This document shows positions 43,603 through 53,408 of a stretch of 64,000 bases of DNA, in pieces. Within the stretch, counting starts at the first letter, position 1, and each line of letters opens with the position of its first letter. The notes under the pieces are model-generated. The model did not search any database and was not told the DNA's origin. It saw only the letters and a program-made list of their open reading frames with translations. The stretch is from the IMG/VR virus record IMGVR_UViG_3300010352_001202; one strand, 5' to 3'. The DNA comes from a virus (Duplodnaviria > Caudoviricetes). The translations under genes and the position numbers were made by a program.

Positions 43603-45825
43603 ATGAGTACAAAAAAAGTTGAGAAGATGGTTGAGCGGGCAGTTGCCATTGCAAATGATAACAATCATGAGTATGTAACACTCGAGCACATTCTTCTGTC
43701 ACTACTGCACGAGAAAGAGATCGATGCCCTGGTTCAGGCAATTGGCGGACAACCTGCAAAGATCAAAACAGATACAATTCAGTTCTTAGGTGATCCTGCG
43801 CTGAAGAAGCCAGATGCACTGAAAGAAGTTCCTGCCAAGCGCACCGCAGTACTGAATAGAACATTCCAGCGTGCCCTTACACAACTTGTGTTTAGCGGCA
43901 GGAATGAACTCAACAACGAGTCGGTGTTGCTCAGTATTTTGAGCGAAGAAACCAGCCACGCATATTACTTCCTTGGTAAGAACGGTGTTACCAGAGAAAA
44001 GATTATTGCCTATATGCGTAAGGCAGAAGAGAAGGCAGGCGATGCAGAGGAAACTCCGCTTGATTTGTTTGCACGCAACCTGAATAAGGAAGCATCAGAC
44101 GGTTCCATCGACCCTGTTATTGCACGCGAACGCGAAGTTATCGATACCATTGAAATCTTGGCTCGTCGCAAGAAGAACAATGTCATTTATGTGGGCGAAC
44201 CTGGTGTTGGTAAGACCGCACTTGCAGAAGGCCTTGCATTGAAGATTGTCAACAAGGATGTTCCTAAGGCGCTGCAAGACAAGGTTGTTTACAGCCTGGA
44301 TTTGGGTGCATTGCTTGCCGGAACTAAGTTCCGCGGTGACTTTGAAGAGCGTTTGAAGGGCGTACTTGATCAAGTCAAGAAGCTTGGTAACTGCATTATG
44401 TTCATCGACGAAATCCACATGATCCTTGGTGCAGGTTCTACAACCGGTAGCCAAATGGATGCTGGTAACTTGCTGAAGCCTATGCTTGCCAAGGGGCAAC
44501 TCATGTGCGTTGGTGCAACGACATACGACGAGTTCCACGAACACTTTGAGAAGGATAAGGCACTGTTGCGTCGTTTCCAGAAGTACGACATTCTGCAACC
44601 CAGCGCAGCTGATACCAAGCTTATCCTTAAGGGCATTGCGTATCAATACGAGAAGTTCCACGGCGTTACATTTGCCGAAGGTGCTACCGACATGTGCGTA
44701 GATTTGGCAGATCGTTACTTGAAGTCTAAGTTCTTCCCTGACAAGGCTATTGACATCATGGACTCGGCCGGTGCAATTGCCAAGCTTCGTGAAATCAAGG
44801 AAGTTAGTTGCGATATCGTTGTTGAACAGGCAGCTAAGATTGCACGCATTCCTGCAGCAATGATTGACATGAAGGAAAACGACCAACTGGAAAATCTTGC
44901 ACCGCGTGTGAAGAACAAGGTTTACGGTCAGGATGTTGCAATCGACAAGCTTGTGGAATCTATCTACATGTCTAAGGCAGGATTGCGTAACCCAGCCAAG
45001 CCCATCGGCAGCTTCTTGTTTACTGGTCCGACTGGTACTGGTAAGACATACACTGCAAAGAAGCTTGCAGAAGCACTCGGCGTACATTTCCAGCGTTTTG
45101 ACATGTCGGAATACATGGAAAAGCACACTGTATCCAAGTTCATTGGTGCTCCTCCGGGATATGTCGGACACGGCGAAGGCAAGATGGGCGAAGGTCAGCT
45201 TATTCAAGCAATCGATACCAACCCGAACTGCGTATTGCTGCTCGACGAAATCGAAAAAGCCAATCCAGATGTTATTACTGTGCTATTGCAGGTAATGGAT
45301 GACGGACGACTCACTTCTGCTAAGGGCAAGACTGTTGACTTCAGCAATGTGATTATCATCATGTCTGCCAACCTTGGCGCTGCTGATGCCGAAAAGCTGA
45401 AGATTGGCTTCGGGGATCAAGACAACGGTGGTGCAGTGGATGCAGAAATCAAGAAGTTCTTCAGCCCTGAGTTTAGAAACCGCCTTGATGCAGTCGTTAA
45501 GTTCAACAAGTTGACAATGGTCGAAATGAACCTTATTGTCAACGCTGAAGTTGAGAAGACTGAAGCAATGCTTGCTCCTAAGAACATTACACTGAATGTT
45601 ACTCAACAAGCACGCGACTGGTTGGCTAAGAGCGGCTACGATCCCAAGATGGGTGCAAGACCGTTCGAACGCTTGTTTGAAGCAAGAGTCAAGAAGCCGT
45701 TGTCAACAGAAATCTTGTTCGGCAAGCTGAAGAATGGTGGCCGTGCAAATGTCGACTACGATGTGGTTTGCGATACGATTACTGTTAATGTGTTGGATCC
45801 GATTCCTGTACAGACACTGATCTAA
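43603..45825 (+). CDS. clpA: ATP-dependent Clp protease ATPase subunit ClpA
   Basis: HEYVTLEHILL, GEPGVGKT, GTKFRGDFEER, GPTGTGKT, GAPPGYVG, KIGFG; no ClpB middle domain. Confidence 0.96.
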   Translation: MSTKKVEKMVERAVAIANDNNHEYVTLEHILLSLLHEKEIDALVQAIGGQPAKIKTDTIQFLGDPALKKPDALKEVPAKRTAVLNRTFQRALTQLVFSGRNELNNESVLLSILSEETSHAYYFLGKNGVTREKIIAYMRKAEEKAGDAEETPLDLFARNLNKEASDGSIDPVIAREREVIDTIEILARRKKNNVIYVGEPGVGKTALAEGLALKIVNKDVPKALQDKVVYSLDLGALLAGTKFRGDFEERLKGVLDQVKKLGNCIMFIDEIHMILGAGSTTGSQMDAGNLLKPMLAKGQLMCVGATTYDEFHEHFEKDKALLRRFQKYDILQPSAADTKLILKGIAYQYEKFHGVTFAEGATDMCVDLADRYLKSKFFPDKAIDIMDSAGAIAKLREIKEVSCDIVVEQAAKIARIPAAMIDMKENDQLENLAPRVKNKVYGQDVAIDKLVESIYMSKAGLRNPAKPIGSFLFTGPTGTGKTYTAKKLAEALGVHFQRFDMSEYMEKHTVSKFIGAPPGYVGHGEGKMGEGQLIQAIDTNPNCVLLLDEIEKANPDVITVLLQVMDDGRLTSAKGKTVDFSNVIIIMSANLGAADAEKLKIGFGDQDNGGAVDAEIKKFFSPEFRNRLDAVVKFNKLTMVEMNLIVNAEVEKTEAMLAPKNITLNVTQQARDWLAKSGYDPKMGARPFERLFEARVKKPLSTEILFGKLKNGGRANVDYDVVCDTITVNVLDPIPVQTLI

Positions 45826-45835
45826 GAAATCACAG

Positions 45836-45861
45836 TCAAGAGAAAGCAAGCTTTCTCTTGA
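45836..45861. terminator. Hairpin between convergent genes
   Basis: TCAAGAGAAAGC-AA-GCTTTCTCTTGA. Confidence 0.7.
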
Positions 45862-45869
45862 GTTTAATA

Positions 45870-47924
45870 TCACAAAGTAGGGAAGGATGCAGTAGGTGCT
45901 GTGAAGTTTGATATATAACGAGCAACACCCTTTGTAATGCGAAGTTGGCTAATAAATCCTGTTACTGGATATGCGGTATGTAATGCATGGTCGGTACCTA
46001 TTGTAAATGGTTCAGTCAATGATGTTAGATCGGTACTATTTGTAGTTGTCGAACCGACCTGAGTGCCGTCAATAAACATTTTAAATGATGTTCCGTTTCG
46101 TGCAAATGCAATATGGTGCCACGAACCTGTTGTGAATGCTGCTGCTGCCGATGATACTATTGTTGTTCCTAGATTAAAAGTAAGAACTCCTGTATTACTT
46201 AGGGAGCATGACCATCCTGCTACATCAGCAGCAGTTGATGTGGTTCCCCCCTGCGCACAGAGAACGCATGAAGTATTTACATACGAGGTAATATTAACCC
46301 ACATTTCAACTGTGAAACTACCTGTACTAAAATTAAATGCAGGATTATTAGGTGCCCACAAGTAATCACCGGCTGCTGCTAGTGATAGGGAACCCGAGCC
46401 ATACTTTACTATAGATGTCGAGACTTTGGCATTTCCGCGCGTTTCGAGATTGAGCTTAGATGAATTATCATATATACCTGAATTTGTAAAATTCAATAAT
46501 AGTTTTGTATTACTGCCTGTTGATGTAGATGGCATCGCAGGAACAGAAGATATAGCAGTCCCGTCTACAAGTCTTACATCACTAATATAACCGGTAAATG
46601 GTTGGGCAGAGTTGTTGCTATTTCCAATTACTATAGTTTTTGCCGGATCTCCCACTGTTCCCGAGAATGTATACTGACTACCAACAGCTACACCGTTTAC
46701 ATATGCTGTTATAGTCGAGCCAGAGCGTGCTACAGCAATATACATCCACTCGTTTGTTGATATAACACCAGCAGATGATACTATTCTAGCAGTTGAGCCA
46801 TTTATGTATACTCGTAAGACACCACCTGTAAATATTTCAATCATCCAATCGGTTGTATTATTTCCTGTATAATTCCCCATAATAGCATTTGTTGGCGTCG
46901 GAGCAGTTAATGCTGTTGCATATATCCACACCCCTATTGTGAAATCACCGGTTGGTGTAAATTGTCCGGATGTTGGAGTTGTAAGATAATCACCTGTTCC
47001 ATCGAAATATCCGCTTCCACCAACACTAGGTGTAGAATAGCTTATAGGAGGAACATATGGGCCGAATGCAGAAATTACAGGGCTTGATCCATTATTACTC
47101 GATGGGGTTATGGTATAATGTGTAGGTCCATTATCTACAAATCTATTACTCTGTGCAGTTAATAGTGTTGTATTAGCGTCGGATACAAATGCCGATGTCT
47201 GCGGAGTAAATGTTGATGAGTATCTAGCCACATTTGAGAATCGAATATTGCTCATATTACCGATAAATCCTGCAACGCCATTTCCTGTGCCAGATCCGAG
47301 AAATGCCGTAATACCGGTACTACCGGCATAAGTCGTATTATCTGTTGTTGAACCGGCGGCCACCCCATTGACATATACAGTTATACCCGAACCACCATTA
47401 GAGACAAAAGCAAGATGAAACCATACATTCGGTGTTAATGCCGATGATAATGTAATGCTTATATATGATATATGATCTCGTGTACTTAAATAAACAGTTG
47501 TAGAATTACTAAATCCCCAAGTTCTGATATTAGAATTTGCACCGGTACCCGATGATGTACACATAATAGCTCTGTTTCCGGACGATCCTGCAGCACCACT
47601 GCCGAAATCAGGCATCATAAACCAGCCTTCTAATGTATAAACTGATGCCATATCTACAGCAGCAGCTGAACCGGCACCGAATCCTAAATTTTGTCCATTG
47701 GCATTATAATATAAGCTCCATCCTGTCTGGCTATATGGAGAAAAAGATCCTTGTGTTGTATTTCCGCTTCTTGTAATAGTCCAATTCTGCGGACCGCTAT
47801 CAACAAATGAATTATTTTGAGCATTATTTGTTCCGGTTGTAGATAAAAGAAGAGAAATATTCTTAAAACTTGAATCCACTACTGTTCCCGAAAATGATGA
47901 AATGATTTGTTGTATAATCGCCAT
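45870..47924 (-). CDS. Virion protein with three LamG/concanavalin-A-like domains
   Basis: Repeated FT(I/V)ExW...W.H.A..R.G....Y(V/I)(N/D)G...G.(I/M)S..R; late promoter 47950-47957. Confidence 0.85.
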   Translation of the reverse strand: MAIIQQIISSFSGTVVDSSFKNISLLLSTTGTNNAQNNSFVDSGPQNWTITRSGNTTQGSFSPYSQTGWSLYYNANGQNLGFGAGSAAAVDMASVYTLEGWFMMPDFGSGAAGSSGNRAIMCTSSGTGANSNIRTWGFSNSTTVYLSTRDHISYISITLSSALTPNVWFHLAFVSNGGSGITVYVNGVAAGSTTDNTTYAGSTGITAFLGSGTGNGVAGFIGNMSNIRFSNVARYSSTFTPQTSAFVSDANTTLLTAQSNRFVDNGPTHYTITPSSNNGSSPVISAFGPYVPPISYSTPSVGGSGYFDGTGDYLTTPTSGQFTPTGDFTIGVWIYATALTAPTPTNAIMGNYTGNNTTDWMIEIFTGGVLRVYINGSTARIVSSAGVISTNEWMYIAVARSGSTITAYVNGVAVGSQYTFSGTVGDPAKTIVIGNSNNSAQPFTGYISDVRLVDGTAISSVPAMPSTSTGSNTKLLLNFTNSGIYDNSSKLNLETRGNAKVSTSIVKYGSGSLSLAAAGDYLWAPNNPAFNFSTGSFTVEMWVNITSYVNTSCVLCAQGGTTSTAADVAGWSCSLSNTGVLTFNLGTTIVSSAAAAFTTGSWHHIAFARNGTSFKMFIDGTQVGSTTTNSTDLTSLTEPFTIGTDHALHTAYPVTGFISQLRITKGVARYISNFTAPTASFPTL

Positions 47925-48005
47925 GATTAAAATTCCTTTTTAGTTTATCTATTTATCTATCTAACCGATTTGATAAATACCTATAACTTATTTGGAGAAA
48001 CAATC

Positions 48006-49550
48006 ATGGGTGTTCAATTTGCTGGTAATATTTTAGTTCAATCAAACGGTGGTCCGCTTCCAATCGCACAAGGTGGCACAGGACAAACGAGCGCCACATC
48101 GGCTATTAATGCATTACTTCCTTCACAAGGTGGAAATGCAAATAAGGTTTTAAAGACAGATGGTACAAATGTTTCATGGGTTGCCGCAGCTGGTACACCC
48201 GGTGGAGCAGATACACAAATTCAGTACAATGACGCCGGGAGTTTTGGTGGAAGTGCTAATCTAGTTATCAACAAATCAACTGGTGCTGTAACTGGTCTTT
48301 CGACTATTACGGCCCTTGGATTAAATGCAAGTGGTGCCGCAGCATCTTCGCGCCTTGTAAAATTTCAAACAGCTGGCAGCGATCGTTGGTTCTTTGAAGC
48401 AGATGCAACTCCAGAATCTGGTAGTAATGCAGGATCGAATTTTGCCTTTACCCGTGTGGCAGATAACGGTTCTACAACTAATCAGGTATTCACAGTATTG
48501 CGCTCGTCTGGTGTGGTTGACTTCAAGACAACACCAACGGTAAATGGAACACCAGTTGGGGCAAACCCATCGGGTTCGAATACACAAATTCAGTATAATG
48601 ACAGCGGTGCTTTTGCAGGCTCGTCAAAATTCACATGGACAGATAGCTCAACCACATTGCAATTAGGTGCAGACGGTGGTACATCTCCATCAACTATCAC
48701 AACAGGTGCAGGTTTTACACTAAACATTGTTCCTGCTCCGATTATCAGTACAAACCCCGGCGGTGCAGTAAATGTCACCGGTGGTACATCTTCCCGTACT
48801 GGTGGAGCAGTAAACTTAACAGGTGGTGCTGAAAATACAAGCGGTTATTTTGGTGGTTCGGTTGTACTTCGGGGCGGTAACGGTGTTTCTAATGGTGCCG
48901 GCGCTAAGGTAGTAGTTGAAGGTGCATTTGGTTCAGGATCGTCAGGAGCAGGTAACGGCGGTTCTTTTGTAGTTTCATCGGGACCAGGTACATCGCTTGT
49001 TGAAAGATTCCGTATTCTAAACGACGGTTCATGGTCCGTGGGTTCTACAGGAACAGCATTCGGCACATCAGGGCAAGTTCTAACTTCAAACGGAACTGGT
49101 GCTGCACCTACATGGCAAACAACTCCAGCTGCCGCAGCAGGTTCATTAACTGGTTCAACTCTAGCAGCTGGTGTAACATCATCAAGTTTAACAACTGTTG
49201 GTGCAGGTGTAACTGACGGAACATATGCACTTGGTTGGAAGATTATTCCACAAAATGCAACTGGTTCCACAACACTAACATTGTCGGATTCCGGTAAGCA
49301 CATTTTCAACACAACTGCTGCGCAGACTTATACAATTCCTGCAAACAGTTCTGTAGCTTATCCAATCGGAACAGCCCTTACATTTATTAACCAAGGTTCG
49401 GGTACTTCTACTATCGCTATCACTACAGATACAATGTATCTTGCAGGTGCCGGCACAACAGGTAGCAGAACACTTGCTGCGTATGGTGTGGCAACAGCTA
49501 TCAAGATTACTTCAACATCTTGGATTATTTCAGGAACAGGTCTAACCTGA
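48006..49550 (+). CDS. Tail fibre-like protein
   Basis: Gly/Ser/Thr-rich; LPIAQGGTG, TQIQYND.G.F x2, GTSGQVLTSNG, C-terminal TIPANSSVAYPIGT. Confidence 0.8.
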   Translation: MGVQFAGNILVQSNGGPLPIAQGGTGQTSATSAINALLPSQGGNANKVLKTDGTNVSWVAAAGTPGGADTQIQYNDAGSFGGSANLVINKSTGAVTGLSTITALGLNASGAAASSRLVKFQTAGSDRWFFEADATPESGSNAGSNFAFTRVADNGSTTNQVFTVLRSSGVVDFKTTPTVNGTPVGANPSGSNTQIQYNDSGAFAGSSKFTWTDSSTTLQLGADGGTSPSTITTGAGFTLNIVPAPIISTNPGGAVNVTGGTSSRTGGAVNLTGGAENTSGYFGGSVVLRGGNGVSNGAGAKVVVEGAFGSGSSGAGNGGSFVVSSGPGTSLVERFRILNDGSWSVGSTGTAFGTSGQVLTSNGTGAAPTWQTTPAAAAGSLTGSTLAAGVTSSSLTTVGAGVTDGTYALGWKIIPQNATGSTTLTLSDSGKHIFNTTAAQTYTIPANSSVAYPIGTALTFINQGSGTSTIAITTDTMYLAGAGTTGSRTLAAYGVATAIKITSTSWIISGTGLT

Positions 49551-49568
49551 TATAAACTGAAACAAATT

Positions 49569-49589
49569 AGCCCCGCAAGGGGCTTTTTT
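49569..49589 (+). terminator. Intrinsic terminator
   Basis: AGCCCC-GCAA-GGGGCTTTTTT. Confidence 0.85.
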
Positions 49590-49645
49590 GTGGGATATAA
49601 TATTCGCCAACTTCTGATAAATAATAGAGAACAAGAAGGAAGGCT

Positions 49646-50218
49646 ATGGCAACTGGGATTATCTACAAAACCACTAACCAGATAAATGGTAAGTGGTATA
49701 TCGGAAAATATCAGGGAAACAGACCCGGATATATCGGTAGTGGAAAAGCTTTAACAAATGCTATAAAAAAATACGGTAAAGAAAATTTTATAAGAGAAAT
49801 CATAGATGTGGCCGAATGCGGAGTTCCGTTAGCCGAATTAGAGGTGCAGATAATTAAGGAAACAGGGGCAGTAAATAATCCAATGTCATACAACATTGCA
49901 GCAGGTGGTCAAGGCGGCAGGACATGGAATTATCCGCCAAGAACAAAAGAACATTGCGATAGAATATCTAAGGCACTGAAAGGGCGTAGTGGCGGAAAAC
50001 GAACAAATGAAACTAAGAGTAAAATGTCGATATCCCGCAGAGCTCGCAATGACTTGTATAAAATAATACTTATAGACACCGGTGAAGAAATTATAACAAA
50101 TTGCCTTGAAGAATTTTCTAAAAAATATAATGTATCTGGTAAAACTTTAAGATATTCGGCAAAAGAAAATATTGTAGTAAAGGGGAGATTTCTTGCTACA
50201 AAACAAGGAGTAGAATAA
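49646..50218 (+). CDS. Seg-like GIY-YIG homing endonuclease
   Basis: GIIYKTTNQINGKWYIG, YIGSG, AIKKYGKENF, YNIAAGG, NUMOD3-like repeats. Confidence 0.9.
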   Translation: MATGIIYKTTNQINGKWYIGKYQGNRPGYIGSGKALTNAIKKYGKENFIREIIDVAECGVPLAELEVQIIKETGAVNNPMSYNIAAGGQGGRTWNYPPRTKEHCDRISKALKGRSGGKRTNETKSKMSISRRARNDLYKIILIDTGEEIITNCLEEFSKKYNVSGKTLRYSAKENIVVKGRFLATKQGVE

Positions 50219-50655
50219 TGGCAATTAGAAAAAGTGTTCTAATGCTTACAAACACCGGTACACACTGGAATGTCTTTGGTGAGCCCATCAGAGCTGATGC
50301 GTACTATGGTTATACCGACGGAATACACACAGTTCAGGTAATTTACCAGAATTTTGTAGGTGGTTTTGGCCTACAAGGAACTCTTGCACTAAAACCCGAA
50401 CCAGAGGATTGGTTTTGGATTAAGCTAAACCCGATGGGCGATGTTTATACACCATTTATTCCATTCCCAACTGACCCTTATGCACCAACAGGGGCTAATG
50501 GTGGTGATACAGGTTCGATAGCAACAACTTTTATAGGAAACTTTGTTTACCTAAGAGCTGTTCTAACAAGAGATTATATTCAACCACCACCGACAAATCC
50601 CCAATGGCAGACATGGCAATGGGGACAAATCGATAAAGTATTACTGAGCTTGTAA
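50218..50655 (+). CDS. Virion structural protein (hypothetical)
   Basis: ADAYYGYTDGIHTV...LQGTLA..P...DWF...FIGNFVYLRA; first gene of the structural operon. Confidence 0.65.
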   Translation: MAIRKSVLMLTNTGTHWNVFGEPIRADAYYGYTDGIHTVQVIYQNFVGGFGLQGTLALKPEPEDWFWIKLNPMGDVYTPFIPFPTDPYAPTGANGGDTGSIATTFIGNFVYLRAVLTRDYIQPPPTNPQWQTWQWGQIDKVLLSL

Positions 50656-50667
50656 GGAAAATATATA

Positions 50668-51792
50668 ATGGCAATAGTAGGACAAAATGCACTGTTAAAC
50701 CAGTACATGCCCACCTTTTTTATTAAGGACCTTAGGGACGGTCAAACAGTTCGTTATGACTCTGTTAGAAAAGCATTTGTTAATGCAGAAGGTGGTGGCG
50801 GTGGTGGTGTTGATAGACTAGGCGAATTACTTGATGTTTCAGATTCAGTTGATAACCCGCTAAGTCTACAAAATGGCCAGGCTCTTGTTTACAATTCATT
50901 TACAAGTCTATGGGAAAATAAATTCATAGACTATAATACATTATTGAATAAACCAACAGTTGGTTCGGGTTCAGTAACAAGCGTTTCTGTTGTAACAGCA
51001 AACGGAGTGTCTGGTGTAGTTGCTAATCCAACCACAACACCTGCAATTACACTTACCTTAGGAAATATTACACCTTTAAGTGTTCACGCAACAGGTACTG
51101 TTCTAGGTTCAAATTTAAGTGGAACAAATACCGGGGACCAAACAATTATTCTTACCGGTGATGTCACTGGTTCTGGCACAGCAAGTTTTCCTACAACGCT
51201 ATCTGCAACAGGTGTTACAGCAGGCACATATGGAACAAGCACAACAGTTCCTAGAATTACAGTAGATACGAAGGGTAGAATCACAGCGGTAACAAATGTC
51301 CCAATTTCAGAATCTGGATTAGGTACAGTCACTTCTGTTTCTGCAAATGGAACACAAGGTGTTACAACTTTAGTTACAAATGCTACCACTACGCCAAATA
51401 TTACAGTCGGCTTAGGTAATATTACTCCTACTTCTGTAGCAGCAACAGGCACCGTAAGCGGTTCTAATTTATCCGGTACAAATACAGGCGATCAGACCAT
51501 TGTACTTAGTGGTGACGCAACAGGTTCGGGAACTGGAGCATTAACATTAACACTTAATACAGTGAACTTGACACCGGGTGTTTATGGTGATGATCACTTC
51601 GTACCGACAATAACTGTTAATAATAAGGGTTTGGTAACTTCGATAACTACACAGCATGTCGACACAACTGTTCGTGATTTAGTTCCAGAAACAGAAACAT
51701 TTGTAGTTGCACCAAGGCACCAATATATAGTAACCGGAGTTCTTGAAGTAGACGGTTATATGATCAACAACGGAGTTATAGCTATATTATGA
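50668..51792 (+). CDS. Tail fibre-like repeat protein
   Basis: LGELLDV, GQALVYN..W.N, repeated GTNTGDQTI.L.GD.TG and ITVD.KGRIT. Confidence 0.8.
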   Translation: MAIVGQNALLNQYMPTFFIKDLRDGQTVRYDSVRKAFVNAEGGGGGGVDRLGELLDVSDSVDNPLSLQNGQALVYNSFTSLWENKFIDYNTLLNKPTVGSGSVTSVSVVTANGVSGVVANPTTTPAITLTLGNITPLSVHATGTVLGSNLSGTNTGDQTIILTGDVTGSGTASFPTTLSATGVTAGTYGTSTTVPRITVDTKGRITAVTNVPISESGLGTVTSVSANGTQGVTTLVTNATTTPNITVGLGNITPTSVAATGTVSGSNLSGTNTGDQTIVLSGDATGSGTGALTLTLNTVNLTPGVYGDDHFVPTITVNNKGLVTSITTQHVDTTVRDLVPETETFVVAPRHQYIVTGVLEVDGYMINNGVIAIL

Positions 51793-52270
51793 GCACACCA
51801 GCAAGAATTTTAATGGTCGAGGGAGATACCGTTCCTCCAGCACCGACGAACGGACAAATTCTGTTCTATGCTAAAACAAGCGGTACATTCTATTCGTTGA
51901 ACTCGTCGGGAGTTGAAACACCTTTAGGCGGTGGCGGCGGTGGCGGAGTTTCCTCTGTTTCTGTTGTAACAGCAAACGGTGTCTCTGGCGTGGTTGCTAA
52001 CCCGACTACAACACCTGCAATTACACTAACTCTTGGTGCAATTACACCAACAAGTGTAGCAGCAACAGGCACTGTAACAGGTAGCAATTTCAGCGGATCG
52101 AGTTCGGGTACAAATACCGGCGATCAAACAATTACATTGACAGGCGATGTTACCGGTTCGGGAACAAGTTCGTTTGCAACAGCATTATCAGCAACAGGTG
52201 TAATTGCTGGTTCGTACACCAATGCAAATATTACAGTTGATTCAAAAGGTAGAATTACTTCAGCAAGTAA
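50983..52270 (+). repeat. ~100-aa fibre module in three copies across two adjacent genes
   Basis: VSVVTANGVSGVVANPTTTPAITLTLG identical at 50983 and 51957 with synonymous changes; third diverged copy at ~51325. Confidence 0.85.
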
Positions 52271-53405
52271 CGGTGCAGCAAGTGGTGTTTCTTCCTTTAA
52301 TACAAGAACAGGTGCAGTTACCCTAACAAGCGGTGATGTAACAACAGCATTAGGATTTACACCGGGGCAAGGAACAGTAACATCTGTTACCGGTTCGGGT
52401 GGTACAACTGGATTGACACTAAACGGTGGTCCAATTACAGGTTCTGGAACACTTACTCTAGGTGGGACATTAATTGCAGCAAACGGCGGTACTGGTATTT
52501 CGACATATGCAGTCGGTGATATTCTATTTGCCAGCACAACATCAGCACTTTCAAGATTAGCAGATGTAGCAACAGGAAATGCATTAATTTCCGGTGGTAC
52601 AAACACAGCACCAAGTTGGGGTAAGATTGGACTAACAACTCATGTTAGCGGAACATTACCTATTGCCAACGGTGGTACCGGAGCAACAACTCAGGCTGGT
52701 GCAGCAAATGCAGTTCTTCCAACACAGTCTGGCAATAACGGCAAATTCCTAACTACTGATGGTACAAATGTTTCTTGGGCAACCGTAGGCGGTGGTTCGG
52801 GAACAGTAACATCTGTTTCTGCAACAGGTTCGTCGGATATTTCAGTTGGTGGCTCACCAATTACAACTTCCGGAACATTAACATTTGCATTGACAACAAC
52901 AGGTGTAACAGCAGCCACATACGGTAGTGCAACTCAAGTTCCTGTATTTACAGTAGATTCCCGTGGTAGAATTTCAAATGTTACAAATACCACAATTACA
53001 GGTGGCTCAAACACACCAGAAATCGTTGTATTTCACTATAGTGCGGGCGGCGCAGGAACATTTACGCCAGTTGATGCAATCTTTTCGCAGACATCTGGTG
53101 TTACAGCAACAGTAACAGATGGCGCAAACTGTATTGCAACATATGCATTTACTGGTAAATCTAATCCACCAAAGTCCATTACAACTTATGGACAGAATTT
53201 TGCAGCTAACACATTCAACATTAAAGATACCACAAGTTTACCATCGGCAAGTATCGTTGGTGGTGGTACATCTGCTTCGCCAGATCTTGCTAATGGAATT
53301 TTTAGTGCAACCAATGTAGTAACATTGCAAACAAGAATGTCAGACACAGGAGCATCGTCAACAGTCGGCAATAGAGCCTGGTTAATTGTTGTTTTTGGAT
53401 TCTAA
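51789..53405 (+). CDS. Tail fibre-like repeat protein
   Basis: VSSFNTRTGAVTL, GTVTSV, LPIANGGTG, TVDSRGRI. Confidence 0.8.
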   Translation: MSTPARILMVEGDTVPPAPTNGQILFYAKTSGTFYSLNSSGVETPLGGGGGGGVSSVSVVTANGVSGVVANPTTTPAITLTLGAITPTSVAATGTVTGSNFSGSSSGTNTGDQTITLTGDVTGSGTSSFATALSATGVIAGSYTNANITVDSKGRITSASNGAASGVSSFNTRTGAVTLTSGDVTTALGFTPGQGTVTSVTGSGGTTGLTLNGGPITGSGTLTLGGTLIAANGGTGISTYAVGDILFASTTSALSRLADVATGNALISGGTNTAPSWGKIGLTTHVSGTLPIANGGTGATTQAGAANAVLPTQSGNNGKFLTTDGTNVSWATVGGGSGTVTSVSATGSSDISVGGSPITTSGTLTFALTTTGVTAATYGSATQVPVFTVDSRGRISNVTNTTITGGSNTPEIVVFHYSAGGAGTFTPVDAIFSQTSGVTATVTDGANCIATYAFTGKSNPPKSITTYGQNFAANTFNIKDTTSLPSASIVGGGTSASPDLANGIFSATNVVTLQTRMSDTGASSTVGNRAWLIVVFGF

Positions 53406-53408
53406 TAA

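Noticed and set aside
44095-45207. 370-aa antisense ORF
   Set aside because: Shadow of clpA
8976-45825. Bacterial chromosome or contamination origin for clp/dnaJ/infA/rpsU genes
   Set aside because: They are interleaved and overlapping with phage genes, and sit in the same promoter architecture without host operon order
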